Source: Mobula hypostoma
Lineage: Eukaryota
DNA: 64,000 nt
Assembly: GCF_963921235.1 (NCBI RefSeq)
Contig: NC_086097.1
Location: 209,810,001-209,874,000, forward strand
Direction of reading: 5' to 3'
A program made the translations under genes and the position numbers. Below the pieces are notes generated by a model, which did not search any database, had not been told where the DNA came from, and saw nothing but the letters and a program-made list of their open reading frames with translations. Shown piece by piece: positions 1-13,009 of the stretch; within the stretch, counting starts at the first letter, position 1; every line of letters begins with the position of its first letter.

Positions 1-151
1 AACTGCATTGTTAATGCAGACCACAGATGAAGGTTGGAGGGACCAATTAGTCGTTCTGCATCCGGTAACATTTCTGTGATTCTTATGTAAATGATATTGG
101 TCCAACAAATTAAAATAGTCAGCCTATTAGTGTCAAAAGGTTACTAATAAT

Positions 152-709
152 GTACACTCAAGGATCACTTTTTTAGTGCTTAGGTGCCACCTGTACCTAC
201 TAAAGACACCACTGAGTCTATGTTTGTAGCCCATCCACTTCAAGGTTCGACATGTTGAGCATTTATAGATACTATTCTGCACACCTGTTGTAATGCATGG
301 TTATCTGAGTTACAGTCACCTTCCTGTCAGCTTGAACTAGACTGGCCATTCTCCTCTGACCTCTCTCATTAACAAGTCATTTTCGCCCATCTAATCCCGC
401 TCACTAGATTTTATTTTTGATTTTCGCACCGTCCTCTGTAAACTTTAGAGACTGTTATGCATAAAGATCACAGGAGATCAGAAATTTCAGAGATACTCAA
501 AACACCCCATCGGGCACCAACAATCATTCTAACGTCAAAGTCACTTAGATCACATTTCTTCCCATCTGTTTGGTCTGAACAACAACTGAAACTCTTGACC
601 ACGTTGCATGCCTTTATGCGTTGAGTTGCTGCCACACGATTGGCTGATTAGCTACTTGCATTAACGAGCATGTGTACAGGTGTACCTAATAGAGTCGTCA
701 CTGAATGTA
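152..709. mobile_element. Non-autonomous Tc1-like DNA transposon (MITE-like), copy 1
   Basis: Degenerate terminal inverted repeats (tacactcaaggatcacttt... / ...ggtgtacctaatagagtcgtcactgaatgta). The internal sequence is colinear with 7788-7877 plus 9082-9560. Confidence 0.7.
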
Positions 710-1546
710 TTTCTCAACCAGCTCCCAAAAAGAAATAAAAGCATGAAATACGCAGCAAGTCAGGTGTTATCTGCAAAGCGAGATCCCGCAGTTGGAGATC
801 TGAGTAGGAAAAGTACCTACAAATTAGACTTTGTACTCAGTTTTGGTTTTCTTATATTACAGTAACCAGTCTGAAATCAGCAACAGTGTTGTGTGAAAGT
901 GAAATTTGATACATTGCTCTCCACAGTTTTAATTAGCAAAAAATACAGGCATCATTGCAAAATTGTAGCAAATTCCAAAAGTTGTGCAAAAATGCTTAAA
1001 TGTTAAATGACAGATATAATTTCTGAACCATAATGACTCATTTACATTGGTGCATGTTAAAACCATTTTGATCTGTGGCTAAAGTTTTGGTATCTTGGGA
1101 ATTATGGGGCAGATCAAATCTACCTAAGTCTCTCTTAATCAAATCTGTGGTCTCCACCAGCCTGCGTTTAACATAGCCTGTCACAGAGAACCTTCTCACA
1201 TTGACCCTCCACTCCCAACAAACATTAGTTAGGCTGAGAATGGGAAATATGGGGGGTTTGTCCCTAGGATGCCTCTGAAGAGCCACAGACAGAAGGCAAA
1301 ACTAAAGCTGGGATTTTGTCTTCTGTCAAAGCTAATTTATTTTTACATTTAGAGTTATGTGAGAACTGTTATTATTGAAGTAAATAATCACAAAATGTTA
1401 AACCTAAAACGAAGTTACTTTAAAAAAACACCTAAGCACTTAGAAATAATTAAAAATATTAAACAGAAATAAAATAACCTTCCCTGTTGCTTCCTATTCT
1501 CTGCGTCTAATTTGCCTAGGTAAATTTCAAGATCAGAGTGACTATG

Positions 1547-2072
1547 ATGCTGCCTGGATTAGAGAGCAAGTGCAATAACGAGAGGTTGGACAAACCTGGG
1601 CTGTTTTCTCTGGAGCGGAGGCAGCTGTGGGACATTTGGTAGGGATTTATAGGATTATGAGAGGCATAGATAGAGTACACAGACGGTATATTTTTCCCAG
1701 GGTTGAAATGCTCGGTACCAGAGGGCATGCATTTAAGGTACGGGGGGTAAGTTCAAAGGAGATATGAGAGACAAGCATTTTACACCGAGAATGGTGGGTG
1801 CCTGCAATGGTGGTAGAGGCAAATACTTTACATTAGGAACTTCTAAGAGAGGTTTAGATAAACATGTGAATTTGCAGAGCAGACTCCATGGGCCAAATAG
1901 CCTAAATTCTTCGCTTATGTCTTATGGTCTTGTGGAAAGTGGAAGGATATGGACATTGTGTGGGGAGAGGGTGCTCATTTAGTTGGCCATTTGATTACTA
2001 ATTTAATTGGTTCGGCACAACATTGTATGTCAAAGGGCTTTTTTCTGTGTTGTACTTTTCTAACTACTATGT
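1547..2072 (+). mobile_element. Degenerate CR1-type LINE 3' fragment
   Basis: Resembles the CR1 ORF2 C-terminus and 3' UTR seen at 42030-42510 (tgcctggattagag..., gagaatggtgggtgcctg, ...gggcttttttctgtgttgtac). Confidence 0.7.
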
Positions 2073-3909
2073 ATTCCTGCGTTAGTGCTGAAGTATCTTA
2101 TCGAGGTTGGGCTCACCATTGAATCCCATGGAGAATCTAACAATGAGAGCAGCTGACCGATCCTTCTCCTGGTAGTCATTAAGTGCTTTACGTACACTCG
2201 CACCAGTCTGAATAGTAGTTCTGGTCTGAATCACAGGCCACAACGAGCACAATTTGGCCCAGGAAAGCTGTACAGTAATTCACTTTATCAGCACTGAAGT
2301 GTACATGTAGCACCAGGGTAACCTAGTAGGGCCCTCTACTGCTCAATATGTGATACAACTATAAAGGCAAGTTATACAATTTGGTAACTAAACAAGGCAA
2401 GAATGTGACATTGCTCAATATAAATGCAGAACTACTGTTTTGATACCAAAAATCCAAGTCTTAGTTTCTAATAATGATTTGTATTACAATACCTAGCATC
2501 AAAAATCAATGGTATTTTTTTAATTGTTATTCAAACATGGGAAATTTGAATCAGTGATTTCATTTTAATGTGCCGCATATGATTTTTAGAATTCTTTCAA
2601 AAGTAATTTTTTAAAGAATGTCCATTTTTTAGAAGCTTGTAGAGTAGTTTTGAATTTGCGGTTCCACAACTTGAAGTCTTATCTGCAGTGTTGAAAATCC
2701 AGTGCACTGAATGACTGCTTTTTCAGATTGATTAGGTTAAAGATCAGAAAATTGTGCGGATTATGCACCCTGAGTAGGAACTGTACTCTAACATGAACAA
2801 TGAGTAGAAAAGCAACCCTGTAAATGTAGCCGTGAATTACAGTTGAAATTTTAAAATGCACATTAAAATGAACAGAAAATGAACATTCGTACTATATTGT
2901 TTAATCTGATAGTAGCTTTGATAAACGGCTTTTAACTCTTAATTAGTTAAATATAACTCTGTGCTTCACAGATTAAATAAAATCTATGGTACTGTTAGAA
3001 ACTAGAGGGATGTGGATTCAATCCCTTTCCTCCACAGAATAAGTTGACTTCAAATGAGGCAGAAATAGAACTCCAATAGTCCCCTGCCAGAAAAGTATTC
3101 TTTGATTTCTGATGTCCGACAACAGCAGAGTCAAGGAGAAACCTGCAATAGAGCTTAGAATTAATCACTCCAGCAGTACACCCACAAGCCTCCATTAGGA
3201 GGAGTGGAAGAAAATTTATTTTGCATGGCGGTTTAAGGATATACAGTAGATAGATACAGTATACACTTAGTGTGTTGCTTATTAGAAATTCAGCTATGTC
3301 TTTTATAGGGCATGAATACTGCAGAGTTTAAATTAAGCTTATTACACTTTCATCATTCTCATCATCATATATAAAAAATAATTTGATTAGGATATCATTA
3401 ATGTCTAAAGAAACCAAATTAATATTTTCATATGTGAGAGTTCTTTGTACTTCCATAGCTTAGCAGCACAAATAATATAAATGAATTAAGTATGATATGA
3501 TTGCACTTTTTCCGGGATGAAGAGCTTGAATTATGTCCTCATCCTGCTGTATTAGAAACAATATAAAAGTGTACATAAACCATTTTATGCTGACAGCATG
3601 GTTCCACTGGCTGTACAAATCCCTTCCTCATTACTCTGTTTGCTGCTCCTTCTGAGGGCAGAGTAGTCTCTATCCAGGGAGTAGTTGGCTATTTAAAAAA
3701 AAATTCCCAGAACAAACATATTCCTCCCTCTGGCAAGGAGCCATCAATGGCTGCATCTCCGGAGCCCATGTCTATCTCTTGACAATGATTTCACTACTGA
3801 AAGTGTGTACTACCCTGTACTCTTATCTGAATTCATTAATAAGCAGGGTGGGGTTATTAGTGGGTGGGTGGATGCAAGGATTGAAACTAATTGAACCGGG
3901 TCTGATAGA

Positions 3910-4040
3910 TCATAGTGATAGAGCAATACAGCATAGAAAGAGGCCCTTTTGCCCAACCTGTCCATGCCAACCATAGTGCCCACCAAGCTTGGCCGTTTGC
4001 CTGGATTTGATCCATATCCCTCTAAACCCGTCTTATCCAT
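3910..4040 (-). mobile_element. CR1-type LINE 3' end that runs into the minisatellite
   Basis: The minus strand reads MDKTGLEGYGSNPGK, the CR1 ORF2 C-terminal motif (compare MDRKGMEGYG-type ends elsewhere in the window), followed by a CR1-like 3' UTR. Confidence 0.7.
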
Positions 4041-5260
4041 ATCCCTCTACACCTGTCTTATCCACATCCCTCTACACCCGTCTTATCCACGTCCCTCTAA
4101 ACCCGTCTTATCCACGTCCCTCTAAACCCGTCTTATCCACGTCCCTCTAAACCCATCTTATCCACGTCCCTCTGCACCCGTCTTATCCGCGTCCCCCTAC
4201 ACCCGTCTTATCCGCGTCCCCCTACACCCGTCTTATCCGCGTCCCCCTACACCCGTCTTATCCGCGTCCCTCTACACCCGTCTTATCCGCGTCCCTCTAA
4301 ACCCGTCTTATCCGCGTCCCCTACACCCGTCTTATCCGCGTCCCCCTAAACCCGTCTTATCCACCTCCCTTGCACCCGTCTTATCCGCGTCCCTCTACAC
4401 CCGTCTTATCCACGTCCCTCTACACCCGTCTTATCCACGTCCCTCTAAACCCGTCTTATCCACGTCCCTCTGCACCCGTCTTATCCACGTCCTTCTGCAC
4501 CCGTCTTATCCGCGTCCCCCTACACCCGTCTTATCTGCGTCCCCCTACACCCGTCTTATCCGCGTCCCCTACACCCGTCTTATCCGCGTCCCTCTACACC
4601 CGTCTTATCCACGTCCCTCTAAACCCGTCTTATCCGCGTCCCTCTGCACCCGTCTTATCCGCGTCCCTCTGCACCCGTCTTATCCGCGTCCCTCTAAACC
4701 CGTCTTATCCGCGTCCCCTACACCCGTCTTATCCGCGTCCCCCTAAACCCATCTTATCCGCGTCCCTCTGCATCCGTCTTATCCGCGTCCCTCTAAACCC
4801 GTCTTATCCACGTCCCACTGCACCCGTCTTATCCACGTCCTTCTGCACCTGTCTTATCCGCGTCCCCTACACCCGTCTTATCCGCATCCCCCTACACCCG
4901 TCTTATCCGCGTCCCCTACACCCGTCTTATCCGCGTCCCTCTACACCCGTTTTATCCGCGTCCCTCTAAACCCGTCTTATCCACGTCCCTCTACACCCGT
5001 CTTATCCGCGTCCCTCTACACCCGTCTTATCCGCGTCCCTCTAAACCCGTCTTATCCGCGTCCCTCTAAACCCGTCTTATCCGCGTCCCTCTAAACCCGT
5101 CTTATCCGCGTCCCTCTACACCCGTCTTATCCGCGTCCCTCTAAACCCGTCTTATCCGCGTCCCTCTAAACCCGTCTTATCCACGTCCCTCTACACCCGT
5201 CTTATCCGCGTCCCTCTACACCCGTCTTATCCAAGTCCCTCGAAACCCGTCTTATCCATA
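4018..5260. repeat. Minisatellite, 25-bp unit (ccctctacacccgtcttatccgcgt), about 50 copies, with 24-bp variants
   Basis: Directly visible tandem array without spacers. It explains the repetitive ORF 4370-4969. Confidence 0.97.
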
Positions 5261-5489
5261 TACTCAATAGAACCATAGACTAACTGAATAGGATCAAGGT
5301 TCTGATGGAGTCTTTGACCTGAAATATTAATTGTTTTTACCTCCACACATACCAACTAATTCACTGTGCAGCTCAACATTTTCTGTTTCTTTAACATAAG
5401 TAAATACTCAATTCTGGAGCAGAAGGCCCCACCTCTTCCCCCACCCAAAAAAAAAATAGTTCTGTGTTTGAAAGACTCAACATTTCTTC

Positions 5490-5615
5490 CCAAACAAGAG
5501 AAAATCTGCAGCTGCTGGAAATCCAAGCGTTGCACACAAGGAATTCAGAGGTCAGGCAGTATCTGTGTAAAAGCGTACAGTCAATGTTTCAGGCTGAGAC
5601 CCTTCAGCAGAACAT
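5490..5615 (-). repeat. Penelope-derived terminal repeat fragment with a degenerate hammerhead
   Basis: ctgcagctgctggaaatcc...cagtcaatgtttcaggctgagacccttcagcag is homologous to 26420-26554. Confidence 0.75.
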
Positions 5616-6224
5616 TTCTTGTTAGGAATTATAGTTGTGATAACGGGGTAATGACCTTCTTGATATAATGTTCCATACCACAAGGCAGAGTATCTGCTAT
5701 TTCTATTTTATACTTCCTGAGAAGTTGTTGAATGATTAAATAATTTCAGCATTTATTTCTAATACCTTCTTAGAAAAAATCTTGATTTAGATAACTACTG
5801 CTCAGCCTGCCAAATGCTCATCCAGATAATGCTTCATCTTATGTTTTAGGAAACAGAGAGCTTGATAAGCTATAGCACCAAAATTTTTGTTCTTTGTTCT
5901 CAGTCCAACTATCTACATCAGGTGATCATTCCTTCCTGACTGGTAGACCTGGTATGGTAGATTACTATTATGATGACCAAACTGAAGTGTTTCCTTGCAG
6001 CCCTGGGCAACCTCTAACCTAACGTTGGTCCCAAGAGCATTTATAGTTTCTTGAGGTGCATTGTAAGCACAAAATTTGATCATAAATTCCTTCAAACTTT
6101 ACATATTTCTCAAGGTCACCTTTACATATCGTTTAACAGCTATTGCTGTAATATGAACTGTTCCAGAATAAACAATTTACAAAAAAAAAATCCTCAGCTT
6201 CCCTATTGGCATACCACAACCAGA

Positions 6225-6505
6225 ATAGATCAGTGATAACATCTCCTCGTTGACAAAAAACACTCGGACATCACAAAGATGTATGCTTAGCCCACTGCAC
6301 CACATCCTCTACATTCATAACCACAGCTCAAATTCCAACTCTAAATTTGCTGATGACACCACTGTTAGAAGAATCTTTGGTGGTGATGAGAAGACTTACA
6401 GGAGTGAGATAGATAGGAGTGAGGTTGATTGGTGTTATAACACTCTCTGCACATTATCGGCAAGATTAAGAAATTGATTGTGGACTTCAGGAAGGGGAAG
6501 TTGAG
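6225..6505 (+). mobile_element. Rex1/Babar-type LINE RT fragment
   Basis: Translates to SKFADDTTV...YRSEI; homologous to 22960-23250. Confidence 0.8.
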
Positions 6506-7787
6506 GATGGGTGATGAAAATCTGGTGTCACCAGGATTAATAGGAGGCATCATGTTTTGATACCAGAAGAACAAATGTATGGGGACAGAGGACTATTTCA
6601 GGCTGTGGGGATGGGAGCCATGCATAAGAGAGATGTAGAGTAATGGAGTAATGTGGCACAAAAGTGGACCTTCAGCACAACAGGTTCATACCAACCTCCT
6701 GCTTGTCCCAGTTGCCGATGTTTAGTGCATAACTGTCCAAGACCCTCCCTCCGTGTACCTATCCAGGTGCCTCTTAAATGTTGGGAAATTATAGAATCTA
6801 TAGGCAAAGAGATTAGGAAATCCAGATGTGTTGGGGTGGTGGGAATCAATATGTAAGGGAGAGGATTAAGGACCATTGGAATGAATGGGTACAAAGATGA
6901 AGGACTAGGAACTTCAATCTAGAGTTCAGTGACGTGTAGAACCATTTGGGGAGAAATCAGTGACCCCTTAATCAAATGGTAAAAATCAGGTGGTAAGGAT
7001 TGTAAGAGGCACTGGGGTTTACTAGTTGGTGAGCATCATAAACTAATGGTTTCAACAGAATAAGGAGAGAGGGAGGGGGAGAGAGAGAGAGAGAGAGAGA
7101 AAAGTAAAAGAAAGAAAGGAAACCAACAGAGTCATGGGGGAGAGACATTGGGGAACATAAGAATGACTGGAATCAACAGAGGGGACGGTTTGGTTGAGGG
7201 GTCACTGAGCATCAGTGAGGGGAAGATTGTACACTAGCAAAATCGACACATCAATGTATGAAGGACCACCAGAATCAAATATGGATTGCATAGGAACAGC
7301 AATCAGGAGGAAGAATAGGAGATTCAACCGCTCAAGCCTGCTCCATTTAGTAACATGGCTGAACGTTCTTTGATGTCAATATTCCCACCTAACCCTAACA
7401 GCTTGTCATCCTCTTGTTTACAGTTGTCTAACTCTGCCTTAAAATATCCAAACATCCTAAAAATTAAAAAAGTTCCAAGGCCCTGACCAGCTGTTTAAAA
7501 ATAAGCATTTATTTGAGACAATGCGGAGGTGAAATTTTTGTTCAGGAGTCTCCCACATGTCAAATTATTCTCTTGACATGCACTCCCTCAGGACTCTTCC
7601 AGACGCCGTCAGCTCCCTTCTCACCCTTTGAAACTCCAGCAGCACAAACCTAAATACACCAGCCTTCCCTTATGGGAAAGATTACCTATTCCAGATATTA
7701 GCCAAGTAAACCTTCCTATGCACTTCCATTCCTCCTCAAAAAGGAAAACCAATACTGCTCACATCCACAATGCCCTATATAGCTGAA

Positions 7788-9560
7788 TATACTCCCAATG
7801 GCCACTTCCTTAGCTACCTCCTGTACCGAATAAAGTGGCCACTGAGTGTATGTTCGTGGCCTTCTGCTGCTGTAGCCCAGGGATCCCCAACCTTTTTTGC
7901 ACTGCGGACCGGTTTAATATTGACAATATCCTTGCAGACTGGCCGACCGGTGGGGTGGGGGGGTAGGGTTGCCAACGGACAAGAGTAGCAGTCAAATACA
8001 TTGTTTACCCCCAGTAAGACCACAATGACCATGAAGACTTGTGTGGGCGCCAGTGCTCATGCGTGTATGTGCCGATTTTTTTCTACAAATCGTTTTCGGC
8101 GATTCTGTTCGGGGGGGGAGGGTTGTTAATCACGACCGGATTATAGGTGATGTTGCTAATACACTCAATTTCATTTCTAAAAGGGTTTATCTAATGAATT
8201 TAATATTAAACACACAGCACGTATTTTCCTCACATGAATATAGTGATAAGTCAATTATCAGGGGAGGCCAGGGGAGCTTGAAGTAAGTGTTGAACGAACT
8301 TCCAGTAGAAGTGGCAGGAGCAGGTTCGATATTATCATTTAAAGAAAAATTGGATAGGTATATGGACAGGAAAGGAATGGAGAGTTATGGGCTGAGTGCA
8401 GGTCGGTGGGACTAGGTGAGAGTAGCATTCGGCACGGACTAGAAGGGCCGAGATGGCCTGTTTCCGTGCTGTAATTGTTATATGGTTATATAAGTCAATA
8501 GCATCATAACATTTTAAGTAACGTTTGGATATTAAACACACACCACATATTTTCCCTGTATCAACATATAAAATCATTGCAACACACCAATATCGCTGAA
8601 TCAGTGGGAGCCCTGGGCTTGTTTCCCTGCAACAAGACGGTCCTATCGAGGGGTGATGGGAGACAGCGATACTTGAAGGGGGTTCCTTATGTCCAGTCTA
8701 TTCCGCAATTTAGTTTTCGTTGCGTTCATTGCAGAGATAGGTTGGAAATGGAAGCAACGTTTTCAGTGCTTTCGTGGCTATCTCAGGATATTTAACCTTG
8801 ACTTTGATCCAGAATGCCGGCAGAGGTGTTATGTCAAACATACTTTTCAACCCACCGTCATTTGCAAGCTCAAGGAGTTGATCTCCTTCCCGCGCTGACA
8901 TGGATGACGTGCGGGTAATGACCTCGCATGCGTTCAAGCTCAACAGTGCGTGACAGGGAATGAGGAAAGGTGCAGCTGACTCATATCGCCAAATCATATC
9001 GTTTCCTTGCGGCCTGGTAGCACATGCTTTGCGGCCCGGTACCGGTCCGCGGCCTGGTGGTTGGGGTCCGCTGCTGTAGCCCATCCCCTTCAAGGTTTGA
9101 TGAGCTGTCCGCTCAGAGATGCTGTTCTGCACACCACTATTATAATGGGTAGTTATTTAAATTCTGTCATCTTCCTGTTAGTTTGAACCAATTTGGCTAT
9201 TTTCTGCTGACTTCTCTCATTAACAAGATGTTTTCATCCACAAAACTGCCACTCACCGGATGATTTTTTTTTCTTTTATTTTGCACCATTCTCTGTAAAA
9301 TCTAGAGACTATTGTGCGTGTAAATCCCAGGAGACCAGCAGTTCCTGAGATACTCAAACTACCCAACAATCATTCCATGGTCAAAGTCACTTAGATCACA
9401 TTTCTCCCCCCATTCTGATGATTGGTCTGAACAGCAACTGAACCTCTTGACCATGTCTGAATGCTTTTATGTGTTGAGTTGCTGCCTCATGATTAGCTCA
9501 TTGGATATTTACATTAACTAGTAGATATACAAATGGACCTCATAAAGTTGCCACTGAGAG
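7788..9560. mobile_element. Non-autonomous Tc1-like element, copy 2, interrupted by a hAT insertion
   Basis: Same family as 152-709. The sequence resumes at 9082 after the duplicated target ctgtagcc; right end ...cataaagttgccactgag. Confidence 0.75.
7878..9073 (-). mobile_element. Non-autonomous hAT (MER1/Charlie3-like, Buster group) element, copy 1
   Basis: TIRs cagggatccccaacc / ggttggggtccgctg; perfect 8-bp TSD ctgtagcc (7870-7877, 9074-9081) fitting nnnTAnnn; minus-strand transposase C-terminal remnant FWIKVKVKYPEIATKALKTLLPFPTYLC. Confidence 0.92.
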
Positions 9561-9700
9561 CAAGCTCCACTCTTTTGCATTCAAATCCCCTAGCATTCTG
9601 TTTGATTTCCTATACCCACACACTAGCTCATGAGAAACATACACCAGGACACTGGGATTCCTCTGCACCTCAAAGCTTCCCAACCTCTCACTGTTTAGAT

Positions 9701-11310
9701 CAAGGGTCGCCAGCTTTTTTTGCACTGCAGACCGGTTTAATATTGAAAATATTCTTGCGGACCTGCCAACTGGCCGGGGGGGGGGGGCGGGTTGCGGTGT
9801 AGGGTTGACAACGGACAATAGTAGCAGTCAAATACGTTGTGTTTACCCCGAGAAAAACTACCATGACCATGATACCTTGCGCAGGCACCAGTGCGCATGT
9901 GTGTACGTGCCGATTTTTTTCTACAAATCGTTTCTGGCGATTTTGTTTGGGGGGGGGTTAATCACGACCGGAATATCAGTGATAAGTGGCTAATACACTC
10001 AATTTCGTTTCTGAAAGGGTTTATCTAACGAATTTAATATTAAACACATAGCGCATATTTTCAATAGACAATAGGTGCAGGAGTAGACCATTCGGCCCTT
10101 CGAGCCATCACTGCCATTCACTGTGATCATGGCTGATCATCCACAATCAGTATCCAGTTCCTGCCTTATCCCCATAACCTTTGATGCCGCTATCTTTAAG
10201 AGCTCTATCCATCTCTTTCTTGAAAGCATCCAGAGACTTGGCCTCCACAGCCTTCTGGGGCAGGGCATTCCATATATCCACCACTCTCTGGGTGAAAAAG
10301 TTTTTCCTCAACTCCGTTCTAAATGGCCTACCCCTTATTCTTAAACTGTGGCCTCTGGTTCTGGACTCACCCATCAGCGGGAACATGCTTCCTGCCTCCA
10401 GCGTGTCCACTCCCTTAATAATCTTATATGTTACAATAAGATCCCTTGCATTTTCCTCGCATGAATATAGTGATAAGTCAATTATCAGGGGAGTACAGGG
10501 GAGCTTGAAGTAAGTGTTGAACAGACTTCCAGTAGAAGTGGTAGAGACAGGTTCGATATTATCATTTAAAGAAACATTGGATAGGTATAGGGACAGGAAA
10601 GGAATGGAGGGTTATGGGCTGAGTGCAGGTCGGTGGGACTAGATGAGAGTAGCGTTCGGCACAGACTAGAAGGACAGAGATGGCCTTTTTCTGTGCTGTA
10701 ATTGTTATATGGTTATATGGTCACTTTTAAGTCAATAGCATCATAACATTTTAAGTAACGTTTGGATATTAAACACACAGCACATAATTTCCCTGTATGA
10801 ACATATAAAATCATTGCAACACACCAATATCATTGAATCAGTGGGAGTCCTGGGCTTGTTTTCCTGCATCAAGACGGTCCCATCGAGGGGTGATGGGAGA
10901 CAGTGATACTCGAAGGGGGTTCCTTATGTCCAGTCTATTCCACGATTTAGTTTTCGTTGCGTTCATTGCAGAGATAGGGTGGAAATGGAAGCAACGTTTT
11001 CAGTGCTTTCGTGGCTATCTCAGGATATTCAGCCTTGATTTTGATCCAGGATGCCGGCAGAGATGTTATGTCAAACAGACTTTTCAGCCCGCCATCATTT
11101 GCAAGCTCGAGGAGTTGATCTCCTTCCCGCGCTGACATGGATGACGCGCAGGCAATAACCTTGCGTGCGTTGAAGCTCAACAGGGCGTGACAGAGAATGA
11201 AGAAAGGTGCAGCTGACTCATATCGCCAAATCATATCGTCTCCTCACGGCCCGGTAGCACATGCTTTGCGGCCCGGTACCGGTCCGCAGCCTGGTGGTTG
11301 GGGACCGCTG
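9701..11310 (-). mobile_element. Non-autonomous hAT element, copy 2, carrying an extra CR1 insertion
   Basis: TIRs caagggtcgccagc / ggttggggaccgctg; perfect 8-bp TSD gtttagat (9693-9700, 11311-11318); same transposase remnant (EYPEIATKALKTLLPFP). Confidence 0.92.
10063..10449 (-). mobile_element. 5'-truncated CR1 LINE inserted into hAT copy 2
   Basis: ORF 10147-10410 (SRTRGHSLRIRGRPFRTELRKNFFTQRVV) is the CR1 ORF2 C-terminus. It is absent from copy 1 and flanked by an apparent attttc duplication. Confidence 0.9.
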
Positions 11311-13009
11311 GTTTAGATGTTGCCAGTGAAACTCCGATAATTTAGTATCTGATTATTAGAAGTCCTGGCGATTCCTAATTAGTTCTGAATATGAGCCAGG
11401 CTCTAGAGTGTAAGAGTGGTATTCAGTTGGAAATGGGGGTCCGGAGGGCTGTCAGGTCAAGGCCAAAAGAAGTTATTTTACTGGTATGTATGTAATAAGT
11501 ACCCAAAAAATTTGAAATGGTAAGTGTGTCGGTATATTAATATCCAATAGTCTAAAATATCTGTATGTCTAGCACTACCATAGTCCCAAGGATGTTGGAT
11601 TGTCAGGTATTACTGCACCTTTATTTTTTTTAGTTCTGTCAAGATCAACCAGTAGATATTTTCCATTCATTATTCATCCTTTTGCCAAATTATTGCTCAT
11701 TTCTGAGAACAGCGATGTCAATGGAAAGAAGTTCAAACCTCTTGTGATATAAAATAGAATCCCATATGTAAGAATCAGGGGTAGGCTGTGTGGCCCTGCA
11801 GAAACATTGTTACTGGCCCTCGATTTCACGTCCACTTTCTATGTTGCAAATACACTAGCTTTTGGTACATCAACATTTATTAGTTTCTCATTATTTTAAA
11901 AAGTTCAAATGAAAGTGAACAGACCTTATATTTTTCCACTTTGTATCTTGTTCGTCTCATTCATGCCTATTCACCACCTTTCCTTATGGCTTCATAGACT
12001 TTCTCCATCCTCACCTCATTTTCTCATAAGGCGTTGTGTCATCAGCATCTTACATCCTATTGCCTCAGATAAGTCATTAACATTACTTGAAAATAGTCTA
12101 GGCCAACGATCCTCATGGAACCCCACAAGAAATGGCCCGCTAATCCAAAACTGAACCAATTATTCTAGTACTCAGATTTCTGTCTCTTAACTCATTGGAG
12201 CTTTTAATGTGCTGACAGCAAATGTCTTTTGAAAATACATCATCAATTGCTTAATTTTTCAATTAAAAATAATTTTTCAAGTGAAGTAAATTGAAATCCC
12301 TTTCCCTTAGAGTGAATTTCATTAGCCTTCTGAGAAAACAAAGGCACTGGTGTGGTTTCTTTGCCCTGGTTTTAATATTTGTTCTAATTTATTAAACTGT
12401 CTAGCAGTATCTGCTTTGGTAGATAGTTAGGCTGATGGCTCACAGGAATTTTAAAAAGATTATTTTTAGTCCATTGCAGTTGGTTTGCAATTCTCAGAGT
12501 AAAATCTTTTGGCATATGGTTGAGCAATTTTTTTTGTATTACGTATATATTTCTGGTTAATATGAGCAATGGATAATTTAAGATTTGTTATCTCATGTAT
12601 CAATTTGCTTTCATTGGCAAGTTGCATTTCCTGAAAATTGACGTCACTGCAATTTTTCTTTAAGCTTTCTCTGCTTTGAGCCTACTGCGCAATGCCATGT
12701 GCATTTGTACACTTAAAGGACGTGTACAATTTAGTTGTTTACCAACAAGGTGGCAGGCACATAGTTTGCTTGTGAGAAAATCTGAAGATTTCCCATCTGT
12801 TGTGTAATTTTTCTTCCTGACCTAAAAGATGCTAAATTTGAAAAAGATTTATTTTTGAATACCACCCATATTTCATGTTTAGAGAAATTTACAATGAATT
12901 CTCCAAAACTTCCTCTCTGCGTACAGTATATGCATTTATTCAAATGAATCCCAGAAGTATCTCACTGGTTTGCAAAAATAATTGAAACTGGACACAAAAA
13001 CATGCAGGT

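Noticed and set aside
4018..5260. CRISPR-like array, or the 199-aa protein at 4370-4969
   Set aside because: Units are head-to-tail with no unique spacers, there are no cas genes, and the context is eukaryotic. The ORF is a by-product of the repeat.
7066..7120. (GA)n and purine tract as a functional element
   Set aside because: Ordinary microsatellite with no supporting context.
8710..9132. Domesticated ZBED/Buster-type gene
   Set aside because: Only a short transposase C-terminal remnant inside a TIR/TSD-bounded non-autonomous element.
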